NCBI GenBank assembly: GCA_021498125.1
Contig: JAIZWL010000001.1
Coordinates: 197,434-261,433, forward strand
DNA: 64,000 bases
Source: Candidatus Thorarchaeota archaeon
GTDB taxonomy: Archaea; Asgardarchaeota; Thorarchaeia; Thorarchaeales; Thorarchaeaceae
Direction of reading: 5' to 3'
The notes beneath the pieces were generated by a model, which saw only the letters and a program-made list of their open reading frames with translations, was not told the origin of the DNA and ran no database searches. Positions 17,129-27,900 of this stretch are shown here, in pieces. The first letter of the stretch is position 1, and every line of letters starts with the position of its first letter. Position numbers and translations under genes: made by a program.

Positions 17129-19339
17129 TCACATATTGTGTGACTCTAATAATTTCATCAAATTGTTGTGGAGTGATAGAGCCTCTCGACTGAGACCTTG
17201 CCTTGCCTCCTTGCTCATTAAACGAAGTAGAATTGTATTGATGTATTGGACCTCCTCAATCACATTCTCAACTAGGCCGGGCAGGTCGTCCCTAGTGATG
17301 AGGTCTGCAAAATCCTCGGCTGGGAGATGCTCTATCACGTGCTCGATGATCTCCTGAGGTATCCCTGTACGTGCTGCTGCAATGTCGCTGAGTATCTTCT
17401 TGAGACCGCTTCTCTGCTTCCTAATTGCGTTCAGTACTCGTTTTGCATCAGCAACAGGGACTCCTAACATCACCACATCTCTTCCAAGTCTAGTACAACG
17501 GGTCGTTCCACGTTCTCTTCTTATGAGGCCTGCCCGTTCAAGTTCGTCAAGAAGTCCCAGCCCTCGTAGAGCCTGTTGAATTACCGATGCTGCATAGGGC
17601 TTGGTCTCCTCTTCGCGGAGTGCAAATGTTGCAAACTTCACCAGATGTTTACAAAGTCTATGCTTACTTATTCCCTGATACTTCCATGACTCGCAAGAAC
17701 AGGAAACTCCTTCATCTGCCTTTAGTGCAACATAATGCCATAGCTCACGCGTACCACTATGGACTAACCCCTCGATCTTTGTGGGTGTGACCGAAACGAG
17801 CTTGACCGAAGAATCAGGAATCGCTTTTGCACGCTTGATAGTGGAGTTGGTAGCTCTGAGAGTAATAAGGGTTTCAGCACGCACTTCTCCTCCTGCCTCC
17901 GTCTGTTGTTGAATATTTGTGACTCGGTTGCTCTCAGCCCAATAGGTATGGCCAAGTATGGCAAAGGGGGAGTCAGCAGGTTCCTCACCTTGGCACATCT
18001 GGCTCAGAATGAGATCCTGTGCATTCTCAGGGTCGTCCATCGAGCTATCGACTTCTCCCAGTTGAGGCAAGATCCCCTCCTCACCTCTCACAAAGAATTT
18101 CCCTAACACTCTTTGGCGTTCGGACTCGTTATCTACGACCACAATTCCAAAACCTTCTGTATCTGCACCGCTCCGTCCTGCCGAGTACAAGACCTCTGAG
18201 AGTTGCCATTCTGTGAGCATAGTCAGTTCTTCATCATCAGATAGATCGCTGCCTAGGTTCTGCATGAAGACTCCTATCACGAAGACCAATGATGCTCTGA
18301 GGCCGCTCGCAATTGCAAATCTTATGGGCATGATCAGAACAGGAATTCTCTCCTCCTCCCAAGCAAGCGAGATCTCTCTTCTCTGAGACCTTGGAACCCC
18401 TTCATGGAGAAAGCCTATCCCTCTTTGTAAGGTACTCGTTAATTTTTCTGTGAGGTTGCTTTCTGGGAATGTTTGACTGATGATGTGTGCAATACTTCGA
18501 AGATCATCTTGTTTTTCTGGCATGATTCTCAGATCTAAGCTTGGTCCTGGTTCTTCGCTCAGGCCTGCGAGTTGGAGTGCTATTCTCTCACATGTGTTGA
18601 TGTTTGAGCAAAGAATCATTATCTGGCCCTGTTTATACTGAGCAAACTCTGTAAGATCTATAATGGACTCGTTAATACTCTCAAAGGCTTTCACACTAAA
18701 TATGCGTCTGACTCTAGATATTCTATCCTCTACTATCTCTGCATCGAGCCACCTGCTCAAATCATCCAGATCAGCCACTTGTGGGAGAATTGCAATGAAT
18801 TGAGGATTTGGAGAATGAATCTTCATGGTCACAAGAGCATTCTCAAGACGTGCCCCAATCCAAGGGTCTCCTATTAGATCAAGTCGTTCTACAAGAACGC
18901 TCTGGACTCCCTCTAGAATTTCGGGATGGCTGCGTAATGCTATAGTGAATGATTTGAACGATGCAATGATGAGTCGTCCTCTCTCCCACTCTGCACGAGT
19001 TGCTGTCTTCCGTCGTGCGATTAATGTTGTTTCAATTCCTAATTTATGACATATAGGTTTCACGGCACGTAACCGTTTTTCAACAAGATGTGGGTTGGGA
19101 CAGAGGATAATCCCCCGAGCTCTGATATCCATGGCCAGTGTGTTGAGTACTGCAAACTCGGCGATATCATAGGCCTCGTCATAATCATAAGTCACAAGCA
19201 ATTGGCTCTTCCCGCGGAACAAGCCACCCTCCAATGCACTCTTTTGAAACTCTGTCAGAGCTGTATATCCCTGTCTGCGAAGAATCTCTAGAAGGCGTGG
19301 GGATACCTGTTCGTATTCGAGTTCCGCTAGCGTGCTCAT
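17129..19339 (-). CDS. Hel308/Ski2-like superfamily-2 helicase paralog with degenerate ATPase motifs (predicted inactive pseudo-helicase), plus a C-terminal winged-helix-like region and SWIM zinc finger
   Basis: Aligns with Hel308 across RecA1/RecA2, but Walker A PTASGKT is replaced by YDYDEAY, DEVH by ERLD and SAT by ILP. The IGFLHEGVPRSQRREIS and YSAGRSG(ADTEG) RecA2 motifs are retained. C-terminal CSCESWKYQGISKHRLCKH fits the SWIM CxCxnCxH pattern. Start set at MSTLAELEYEQ (19339). Confidence 0.65.
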   Translation of the reverse strand: MSTLAELEYEQVSPRLLEILRRQGYTALTEFQKSALEGGLFRGKSQLLVTYDYDEAYDIAEFAVLNTLAMDIRARGIILCPNPHLVEKRLRAVKPICHKLGIETTLIARRKTATRAEWERGRLIIASFKSFTIALRSHPEILEGVQSVLVERLDLIGDPWIGARLENALVTMKIHSPNPQFIAILPQVADLDDLSRWLDAEIVEDRISRVRRIFSVKAFESINESIIDLTEFAQYKQGQIMILCSNINTCERIALQLAGLSEEPGPSLDLRIMPEKQDDLRSIAHIISQTFPESNLTEKLTSTLQRGIGFLHEGVPRSQRREISLAWEEERIPVLIMPIRFAIASGLRASLVFVIGVFMQNLGSDLSDDEELTMLTEWQLSEVLYSAGRSGADTEGFGIVVVDNESERQRVLGKFFVRGEEGILPQLGEVDSSMDDPENAQDLILSQMCQGEEPADSPFAILGHTYWAESNRVTNIQQQTEAGGEVRAETLITLRATNSTIKRAKAIPDSSVKLVSVTPTKIEGLVHSGTRELWHYVALKADEGVSCSCESWKYQGISKHRLCKHLVKFATFALREEETKPYAASVIQQALRGLGLLDELERAGLIRRERGTTRCTRLGRDVVMLGVPVADAKRVLNAIRKQRSGLKKILSDIAAARTGIPQEIIEHVIEHLPAEDFADLITRDDLPGLVENVIEEVQYINTILLRLMSKEARQGLSREALSLHNNLMKLLESHNM

Positions 19340-19548
19340 TCCTATCTCCAAGCTAACTATGGTTAGCTTAACGCCTAATAGTCTTTTGTACCAATTATAC
19401 AATGCCCTGGTGTGAGTTGTTTGTGTTTTTCCAATCAAGTGATTATTACGTAGACGCATATACAAGTACAAAAGGGATTTAGTTTCCGATAATATTGGCG
19501 AGTTCTTAGAATACTGGTCAAGCTCGTCGATATAGAGGTCTGAGCGAA

Positions 19549-20283
19549 ATGGCTTTCGTAGCAACTAAAGACTCAGGATTTGAGATTATTCTGAAAGACG
19601 GTTTTAAGATTCCTCCGGGTTCGACCTTTATCTGTGGTTTTCATGGACTTGGTGAGGTCGGGTTTCTGAGCACTGCACATCTCACACGTGCATTAGACGC
19701 CCGTAGAGTCGGTTTCATCAAGACAGATATGCTTCCTCTGTTTGTATCAATGGAGAATGAAAAACTGGTTCTCCCCTTTGAACTGTATTCATACGAGAAC
19801 TTCATCTTTCTCGTGCCACGGTTTCAACCACATCAGTCCGAACAGTGGCAATTTATTGATCGTATTGCCCGATGGATTGTTGAAAACAAGTTTGAAGAGA
19901 TTCTCCTGCTTGGTGGTCTGGATGCCAGCTTTAAGGAGGATGATGAGGACATGCGCTGTGTTCCGACAACAGCATACAAAGATCGTTTGGACAAGTGGTC
20001 TATCCCTCTTCTTGAGGAAGGTCTATTCGTTGCAGGGCCATTAGCTCTTCTGCTTGCAGAGCTGGAGATGCGTGATTATCCCGGTCTTGGACTTTTGACT
20101 TATGCCACACGCGGCCGTCCTGATCCACGTTCTGCTGCAACCATGTTGCAAAAGATAAACAGTGTATATGGTCTAGATGCCAGCGTTGATCAGTTGCTTG
20201 AAGAGAGCAAGGAGATTGAGCGTCTGGAGAAGATGCGCAAGTCAATTGAGTCTGATGATCGTTCAACAGATATGTTCGTCTAG
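19549..20283 (+). CDS. PAC2-family protein (archaeal proteasome assembly chaperone-like, PbaB/PAC2)
   Basis: ICGFHGLGEVGFLSTAHL N-terminal glycine-rich signature and ~240 aa length are typical of the archaeal PAC2 family. Confidence 0.65.
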   Translation: MAFVATKDSGFEIILKDGFKIPPGSTFICGFHGLGEVGFLSTAHLTRALDARRVGFIKTDMLPLFVSMENEKLVLPFELYSYENFIFLVPRFQPHQSEQWQFIDRIARWIVENKFEEILLLGGLDASFKEDDEDMRCVPTTAYKDRLDKWSIPLLEEGLFVAGPLALLLAELEMRDYPGLGLLTYATRGRPDPRSAATMLQKINSVYGLDASVDQLLEESKEIERLEKMRKSIESDDRSTDMFV

Positions 20284-20822
20284 CCAAGTCTGCGAATATA
20301 CCACCCAATATCTACAAGATTCTTGGCAACGAGTTTCTCAGGTCCCAATCGATCGATTCGTGCAGCGTCAACGGAGAGTGCGCCTAGACCAATACAGTTT
20401 CCCTGTGTGTCTCTTACGATGACCCGCTGACGCCGTTTCAATCCTGGCGATATTGACACAACTGACTCTCGTAGGATGCTACGACCATAGGTGAAAGATT
20501 CGGCACCGCGTTTTGAGACCACTAGGACTCTGTTAGTGTATCTTGCAATGTCCTCAAGGATTGCTATACTCAGTCTAAATCGACCATCTGACATATCTCC
20601 CATCCATATGCCTAGTGATGATACTGTAAAACCTTCAAATTCCATATTTATTGAGCGTAGCCACTCTCCCGGTATGAGATAGAATGACCGAGTCTCTCCA
20701 CGTTTCAGCATGACTGGAACCATGTCCCCCAGAATCTTCTGAGTGACTCCCTTTCCAAAGTCATCATCAATCTGGGTCTTTATCTCTGTCCAAATGATTG
20801 GCTCGACTAACTCCGGAATCAT
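20280..20822 (-). CDS. PUA-domain RNA-binding protein (Nip7-like), a partner of the adjacent NOL1/NOP2/Sun methyltransferase
   Basis: C-terminal PUA-like block IVRDTQGNCIGLGALSVDAARI...VDIGWYIRRL; conserved adjacency to an m5C RNA methyltransferase as in other archaea. Confidence 0.55.
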   Translation of the reverse strand: MIPELVEPIIWTEIKTQIDDDFGKGVTQKILGDMVPVMLKRGETRSFYLIPGEWLRSINMEFEGFTVSSLGIWMGDMSDGRFRLSIAILEDIARYTNRVLVVSKRGAESFTYGRSILRESVVSISPGLKRRQRVIVRDTQGNCIGLGALSVDAARIDRLGPEKLVAKNLVDIGWYIRRLG

Positions 20823-20824
20823 CG

Positions 20825-21796
20825 CTATGCCTCCTTGGTCATCTTGCAGATGAAAAAGCCCTCTGTGCCATGCAAGTGTGGCAGAAATCTACGAGCTAAT
20901 GCCAGTGATTTGTTCATTTGGATTCCGTAGGGACTGGTGATTCCCGGACTGCCGAATTCGAGATCGATTGGCACTATCTTCATTTCTGGGTGGCGGTGAA
21001 GGATCCCGTCAACGATGTATTCATTCTCTTCAGGGGCAATAGAGCAAGTCGCATAGACCATTGTTCCCCCTGGTGCTAAGGCATCAACAGCTGTATGCAG
21101 AAGTTCGTCCTCAACAGTTGCACAGAATCGGATATCCGGCATTGTCTTGCTGGTCTTTCTTGAATGATCTAATGGAATGAGACCCTCTCCTGAGCATGGT
21201 GCATCAAGTAAGATTCTATCTGGTGTGATTCCAATCGGTTTTATTTTCCGAGCATCACCACGAAGAACAATTGCGTTGGTCACACCGCATCTGTAAATAT
21301 TGCTCTCTAGACTTCCTATTCTTAATCTGTCCTGTTCGATAGCTATAATGATTCCCCTGTTCTGTTGGAGCTGGGCAATGTGTGTTGTTTTTCCTCCGGG
21401 TGCCGCTGCAAGATCCATGATGATCTCGTCCGGTTGCGGATCCAAGACCCGCGTGGCAGTCATAGATGGTGTCCCCTGGATGTAGTATTCGCCCAACATG
21501 TGTTCAGTCAGTGCACCTGGGGACATCTCCCCAAAATCCGCCCAGAACCCCTCCGGAATCCATGGGATCTGTTCTAATCTGACACCTTTTTCCTCAAGGC
21601 GTTCAACTACATCTTTGATATCTGCTTTCAATGTGTTGATACGAATGGCTGTACGTACTGGACGTTCACATGCATCCAAGAACTGAAGTGTCTCCTCTTC
21701 TCCCCAAAGTGTAATGTATCTCTCGATCATGTATGGAAGATACCCGTATTTCTTTGCGAGAATTTTTGCATGCTCGCGTACCTGTTTCTTGCCCAT
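20825..21796 (-). CDS. NOL1/NOP2/Sun-family RNA (cytosine-C5)-methyltransferase
   Basis: DLAAAPGGKTTHIAQL SAM motif, DAPCSGEG catalytic motif (motif IV), TCS motif (motif VI). Confidence 0.9.
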   Translation of the reverse strand: MGKKQVREHAKILAKKYGYLPYMIERYITLWGEEETLQFLDACERPVRTAIRINTLKADIKDVVERLEEKGVRLEQIPWIPEGFWADFGEMSPGALTEHMLGEYYIQGTPSMTATRVLDPQPDEIIMDLAAAPGGKTTHIAQLQQNRGIIIAIEQDRLRIGSLESNIYRCGVTNAIVLRGDARKIKPIGITPDRILLDAPCSGEGLIPLDHSRKTSKTMPDIRFCATVEDELLHTAVDALAPGGTMVYATCSIAPEENEYIVDGILHRHPEMKIVPIDLEFGSPGITSPYGIQMNKSLALARRFLPHLHGTEGFFICKMTKEA

Positions 21797-21802
21797 TCCT
21801 GT

Positions 21803-22228
21803 TCACTCACCAATGTCCTCGTTCCACAACGAAGGATTTTCTTTGATGAATTTGCTCATCATCTCGATGCATGTGGGATCTTGAAGGATCGTCACTTTCA
21901 CACCTCTTTTTCGAAGATACTCTGTTTGACCTTGAAAGTTCGTATCTTCTCCAACGACCACATGCGGGATTCCGTATAGCAGGACAGCTCCACTACACAT
22001 GTCACATGGTGACAGTGTTGAAAACAGGGTTGCCTTCTTGTATTGTTCAGCAGTAAGGCGTCCGGCATTCTCAAGGCAATCCATCTCAGCGTGTAGAATT
22101 GCACTGCCCCTTTGAACCCGTTGGTTGTGGCCTCTCCCTACTATTTTGTTATCAATGACCAATACTGCACCAATTGGGATTCCTCCCTCCTCAAGTCCAC
22201 GTTTCGCCTCTGCAATTGCCTCATTCAT
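21803..22228 (-). CDS. Cytosine deaminase of the yeast Fcy1 type (CDA-fold zinc deaminase)
   Basis: GGIPIGAVLV...GRGHNQRVQRGSAILHAEMDCLENAGRL...LFSTLSPCDMCSGAVLLYGIPHVVVGE...WNEDIGE is near-colinear with S. cerevisiae Fcy1 (HxE and PCxxC zinc ligands, C-terminal EDIGE tail). Confidence 0.8.
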   Translation of the reverse strand: MNEAIAEAKRGLEEGGIPIGAVLVIDNKIVGRGHNQRVQRGSAILHAEMDCLENAGRLTAEQYKKATLFSTLSPCDMCSGAVLLYGIPHVVVGEDTNFQGQTEYLRKRGVKVTILQDPTCIEMMSKFIKENPSLWNEDIGE

Positions 22229-22247
22229 GAATTTTCGTAATTGTTCT

Positions 22248-23528
22248 TCAATCAGTTGAGTTGCCTCCAGTTGTCAGATCCAATTTGAGATCGTCTATAG
22301 TTGGGTTGATAACGGGTGTTTCCGGAAGTTGACTTCTTGCAAACTCAAGATCCTTAAATCCGCTTCCTGTGATAGGAACGACCACAGTATCCTGTCTGTC
22401 AATAACTCCCTGTTTTACGAGGATCTCAAGTCCCGCTAATCCTGCGGCCCCACTAGGTTCCGCAAAAATCCCCTCTGTCTTTGCCAGTCTGAGCAGCCAT
22501 TTCGTAGTGTCCTCATCTGAGACCGCGATCGCTGTACCGTTGGCCTGATAGAGATATTTCAAAGCTGCATCTCCGTCCCACGGTATCGGGTCTGCGAGAC
22601 CTCCACAACTTGTATGAGGTTCTCCCCATGGTTTGATCTTGTCAGATGACTGAGTGTACGCTCGCACAATTGGAGCGCATCCTTTAGGCTGGACAATTAC
22701 TGGTCGTGGTAGTCTATCAATGAGGCCTATCTCGTAGAGTTCCAGCAATCCCTTCATGGTTCCGGCCATCAGTCCACCGCTACCCGTTGGGAACAGGATC
22801 CAGTCCGGCACGTCCCACTCAAGTTGTTCTACTATCTCATATCCCAAGGTCTTTGTCCCTTCAAATTGAAATCCATTGAATGGTCCAAATGATGGAACTG
22901 GCGTCCACCCCTCCAATTCGTTTAGTTTCCATAGCAACTGAGTCGTTGGATCTATTCCGGTTTCAATTGCTCTAACTCTAAACACAAGTGCCCCAAGAGC
23001 TTGTATATGTGTTAGTTTTCCGCGTGGTATGTCTTCGGGTACCAGTACTACTGCTCTCAATCCCATCCTTGCAGCATAGGCGGCCATTGCGGAAGCCGCG
23101 TTTCCCGAGGAGGCAGAGACAACAGTATGGGATCCGTCCGCAAACGCTCTGTTTACTCCTACACTGATCGGTCTGTCCTTAAACGATCCTGTTGGATTGA
23201 CGGTCTCATTTTTGAGATATAGACTCTGCAAACCCAGGGTTTCGGCCAATCTATTGCTTTGTAGTAACGGTGTTCCTCCCTCTCCAAGGGTTGTGATCGT
23301 GGTAGCATCCTCGAGTGGTAAGAACTCAATGTATCTCCTGAGCCCCACCTTTTGACTGTCGAGACTCTTGCGTGTCACCCTTTCCTTTAGCGCTTCGATA
23401 TCAAGGTAAAATTCTATTCTTCCTCCACATGCATCATTGGCTGGAACCCTGTGGGAATCGTATGTCTTACCGCATCGGGAACACTGTATCTTACTGTATA
23501 CTGGCAAGTTTATACCTCGGGGAAACAT
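22248..23528 (-). CDS. thrC: Threonine synthase (PLP-dependent) with an N-terminal zinc-ribbon
   Basis: GSFKDRP PLP-lysine motif, N-terminal CSRCGK...CGG zinc ribbon, ~430 aa; start may be at 23570 or at the internal Met at 23528. Confidence 0.8.
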   Translation of the reverse strand: MFPRGINLPVYSKIQCSRCGKTYDSHRVPANDACGGRIEFYLDIEALKERVTRKSLDSQKVGLRRYIEFLPLEDATTITTLGEGGTPLLQSNRLAETLGLQSLYLKNETVNPTGSFKDRPISVGVNRAFADGSHTVVSASSGNAASAMAAYAARMGLRAVVLVPEDIPRGKLTHIQALGALVFRVRAIETGIDPTTQLLWKLNELEGWTPVPSFGPFNGFQFEGTKTLGYEIVEQLEWDVPDWILFPTGSGGLMAGTMKGLLELYEIGLIDRLPRPVIVQPKGCAPIVRAYTQSSDKIKPWGEPHTSCGGLADPIPWDGDAALKYLYQANGTAIAVSDEDTTKWLLRLAKTEGIFAEPSGAAGLAGLEILVKQGVIDRQDTVVVPITGSGFKDLEFARSQLPETPVINPTIDDLKLDLTTGGNSTD

Positions 23529-23609
23529 TATCACCGCAAGATAGGATATGTGGCTTTTGGAATCACACACAATTACTAATATTCAAAGAGGGGTACTATT
23601 GCCTTACTG

Positions 23610-24188
23610 ATGGCCATGAACGACTCCTTTGAGGTTGAAATTAAGATTCCCGTGCATACCCACAATATTACCACAATGCTGACCAACTTGGGGCTTCAGC
23701 CAGAACGGATCGAACATCACGAGGATCACTATTTTAACCATCCCTGTCGTGATTTTGCCGAGACCGATGAGGCACTTCGCCTTCGTCATGTACGAACCGA
23801 GCCTCCTTCTGCTCTGCAAGGTGAAGGGATCGCTCGCATTGAACTGACCTATAAGGGGCCAAAGCTAGACCCTCTCTCTAAGACACGAGTTGAGATCAAT
23901 TCTATAATCTCTGATAAGAACGGACTCATTGCTATCATCGAGCACCTTGGTTTTCGTGATGTGGCTGTTGTTCGAAAGACACGGACTATCTATCACATGA
24001 ACGATGTCGAGGTCTGTGTTGATGTAGTCGAGGGCCTAGGAACCTTTGTCGAATTAGAGTCAATTACGGCTTCCAAAGATGCTATCCCCGCTGTTCGTGA
24101 TCATCTCTTCGAGATTGCACGTATGTTGCATCTCGATCCTGTTACGATGATTCGCAAGTCGTACTTGGAGCTTATCATTGAGAAGTAA
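23610..24188 (+). CDS. CYTH-domain protein (class IV adenylyl cyclase / triphosphate tunnel metalloenzyme family)
   Basis: N-terminal EVEIKIPV ExExK motif and ~190 aa beta-barrel pattern typical of CYTH/CyaB. Confidence 0.7.
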   Translation: MAMNDSFEVEIKIPVHTHNITTMLTNLGLQPERIEHHEDHYFNHPCRDFAETDEALRLRHVRTEPPSALQGEGIARIELTYKGPKLDPLSKTRVEINSIISDKNGLIAIIEHLGFRDVAVVRKTRTIYHMNDVEVCVDVVEGLGTFVELESITASKDAIPAVRDHLFEIARMLHLDPVTMIRKSYLELIIEK

Positions 24189-24798
24189 GACCTTCCTCCA
24201 GAGAGATCTCTTCTCTCAGCTGTTCGACGAACGACTGTAGAATCTGATGTCGCTGGTGTGCCATTCGTTTAGCAGGTTGGGTGTGAATCAGATTTGCTAA
24301 TTTCAATAGTTTTTCATCGGCATGGTGAAGAAATCCTTCCATATCCCTTCCATCTCTCACTGATTGAGCAATCGCTCTGTAGACTCCTACTGCTCCCATT
24401 GCATCAAGTTTGTCGGCATCGCTGAGGATGTGACCCTCAAGAGTGGTTGGGGTGAGTCCCTCACTGAACCTGTGAGTCCGGATTGCTTCAATTATCTGGG
24501 TGATCTCCTCTTCTGAATATCCTGCCTGTCGGAGTGCAGGACGTGCCATCTGACCTGAGAGGATCGAGTGCGATATTCCAGTCTCAGTTTCTCTCACGCG
24601 GCCGATGTCATGTAGAAGTGCAGCCGCTCCTAATACACGTAGATTGGCATCAAGTTCATTTCCGATCTGTAGTGACATCATGTAGACTCGTAACGTATGA
24701 TCGTAGGTATGTGCCCCCTTTTTGTATCCCGCAAAAATGCCTCTGACATATGCATCAAGTAACTTTTCGCTCTCAGTCATCTGTGTCAATGAGATCAC
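24175..24798 (-). CDS. HD-domain metal-dependent phosphohydrolase
   Basis: LLHDIGR and downstream His/Asp residues of the HD motif. Confidence 0.75.
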   Translation of the reverse strand: MISLTQMTESEKLLDAYVRGIFAGYKKGAHTYDHTLRVYMMSLQIGNELDANLRVLGAAALLHDIGRVRETETGISHSILSGQMARPALRQAGYSEEEITQIIEAIRTHRFSEGLTPTTLEGHILSDADKLDAMGAVGVYRAIAQSVRDGRDMEGFLHHADEKLLKLANLIHTQPAKRMAHQRHQILQSFVEQLREEISLEEGLTSQ

Positions 24799-24956
24799 CT
24801 ATCCACTCATGTAATTTTGACCATAATTATTCGATTTTCGCTTTTTCGATAGATTCCCTACGGGAAACGCTTTAATCCTTTTAACACAAGTGAAGAAGGT
24901 ACTTACTCGGCCGCACCTAATAGCCTGCTATTTACGTAGACGAGTGTGAACCTAAT

Positions 24957-27900
24957 ATGACAGCCGCCACAATAACTCCAAGGCGTAAGATGGGTTTGAC
25001 TACAATTCTTGGTACAGTTGCTGTTATTGCGATGCTTATGTGGGGTACGGTCGTCTTCTTTCAGATTCAGACGGGGAACGTTAGGACTGAGATCCCCCAT
25101 GAGCGGTACAGCGATGTAGTTCCATGGCCCTACAACATCAACTGGGGCGGTTCGTCTACTAATTGGTTTGATAACATGGACTATAATCAACTCCCTCTCA
25201 ATCAGACATTACCCGATGATCTTCTAGAGCATCTTAATGACGTTATGTTTATCGAGTCACCCACAGAGCCGGTTCAGTTGTGGCGTTATGATGCTTACGA
25301 CGAATATACAGGTTCATCTTGGCAGAAGACTGATGCGGCAATGAGTAATGTGACTCTAAACCTGATAACCCGCTCAGAGGCTGAGGCACTAGGCAATACG
25401 ATTTACACCGTCTACCTGAATGTTACAGCGGGCCCAAATGTTGGAGCGGTTCGACTGCCCACATTATTTCCAGATGCGCTCATTATCCAAGACTCTTTTG
25501 TGACTGGCCAGATCGAGGATGGCCATTTTCAAGTTGATACTCCCTCCCGTCTGTTGAATTACGATCTATCTCTTGACGCGCTTGGCGTTGTACAGTTCCG
25601 TCCACTTCTCTCAGCCCCCACTGGGGAGCATGTTTTAGTCGCATATGATCTCACGTTCAGAAGTCAGGATCTCTCGTCAATAGCAGATAACTCTCTACGT
25701 GGTGATAGCTCACCCCCAGACATCTGGGCCATGTATGGGCCCTCCACTCTGGATGGTATTGACTTTACACAGCGCGTAATCGATAACATCTCACAATTTG
25801 AAGACTCTTCAGCGACCGCATTTCAGACAGCAACAACAGTGGCAACCTATTTCCAGACCAAGTTCAAACTGATAATGAATGCCTCTGAATATAATATCCG
25901 CCCCGAGGAAGGTCGAGAAACGACCGATTGGTTCCTCGAACGTGGTGGTGGACTGCCGATGGATTTTGCCAGCTCGTATTGTGTGTTCATGAGACATCTT
26001 GGTATTCCTGCTAGGTATGTTGCAGGATTTGCAGTTGGTGATGATCTTGGTGGCTATAGGGCCCTAAAGGTCCTGCATATGACCTTCTGGGCGGAGGTCT
26101 ATATTCCAACATCCAGCACAACTGGTGAATGGGTACAGATATTGCCACTACCACTGCCCTCTGGCTCCGGGACCGAGATTCCCATGAACACGCCGGGTGA
26201 ACTCAAGCTATATACTTGGGCAAACACTCCTCAGGGCTGGGTGGTCACTGGTGATGATTTTGTGATCAGTGCCCTGTTATTATCTGGTGGTGTCCCAGTT
26301 TCAGGGCAGCAGATCACTTTCCGCGATAACACCGACAATCACTTGATGGGGACCGCCATCATTGAGCAGGGTACTTTCCTACCCTTGGCAAATCTGACAT
26401 ATGCCTATCCTGACGATGCGACACCTGGTCTCCATAATATCTCTGCTATCTTTCAGGGCCCCACAGAACAGGTTGAGAACTTTACATACGTGTACGTTGT
26501 GGCACAACCTAATCCTTATTCTCCGAATGGCCCCTCCTCCCCACAATTTACTCTCAGTGAAACATATGATGTGGATCTTAGCCTAGGTCTAGACGACTAT
26601 GTTGCCTATTGGGATGACATCTTGCACGTTCATGGGGTCATGACCGTGGGTGGTGATCCTGTAGATGGCACGACCCTAAATAATGACCAGATTCGTATCA
26701 TGTGGGACGACTACTTCATGGGTAATGCGACCATTCAATCGGATGGTTCGTATGAACTGGACATTCCTCTAGACCCCTCAGATCATGTTCGAATGACTGT
26801 TGGAACACATGAGGTATGGTCGGAATATCTTGGTGAGTACAATTCTCAGGGCATTCCTATCTTATTACCCGCCCGATCCGCTGATAATTCGACTGTCGAC
26901 TTACAAGGTAACATTGCGCTTACGCTCACAGCGACGCCTTCTCCAGTGGCTCGTGGGGGTACCCTGCATTATGACGGTATTTGCGAGCTACGAAATGGGA
27001 CCATTCTGGTAGGCGAGACCATTGGGATCTTCTTCGACAGTACATGGATAACAGATGTGACCACAAACAGCACTGGTGGCTTTAGCTATGATTATATCAT
27101 TCCTGTTGCACAGCCTCTGGGAACTTTTCCAGCTCAGGCAAACTGGACTTCCTCCTATACAGGTATTGCAGGAAACTGGAGCAATACGGTCGATGTGGAA
27201 GTCCAACTTAAGGCAGCTTCACTGACTATCGATTCTACTCCAAAAGATCCTGATGTAGTCCATCCTTATGAAAAGATTACAATATTCGGGTATCTCACTG
27301 ATCAGCTTAATGGGTCTGGTCTGGTTGGGCAGGATGTTGATATCTATTGGGACACCGGAAGTGGTGCTGTTAAAATCGGCACAGCGACTACTGATGCCAA
27401 CGGCTATTACGAGTTTAATTATACGGTCACAGATGCTTATTTTGGATCAGTTGATTATTGGTCAGAGTATGTATCCAGTTCTCCCTCCTATGAGGGTGCC
27501 ACCTCTCCCACTCTCTCAATCACCGTGGAGAAGTGGGCTACCGATGTGACGATTTCCGTTTCCCCGTCTCCCGCGCATCCTGCTGAATTAGTAACATTCT
27601 CGGGAACCGTGTCTGTGCCGGATCAAGGATCACTTCTCGGAAATGCTCCCGTCACTATTTGGTGGCAAAATAGTACAAGTACCTATAATCTATCAGTGGT
27701 CTTAACAAGTGCGGCCACTGGTATCTACACGTACTCATATACAATTCCTCTTAATCACGAGTTTGGAACCATCAGTTGCTGGGCCGAGTTTGTATCACCT
27801 TGGGCTGCCTTTGCGGATGATGTTTCCGATATTCGATTACTGACTATTACAAACTATACCACCCATCTGAATATCACCTCTAATTCTACCGTATACCACC

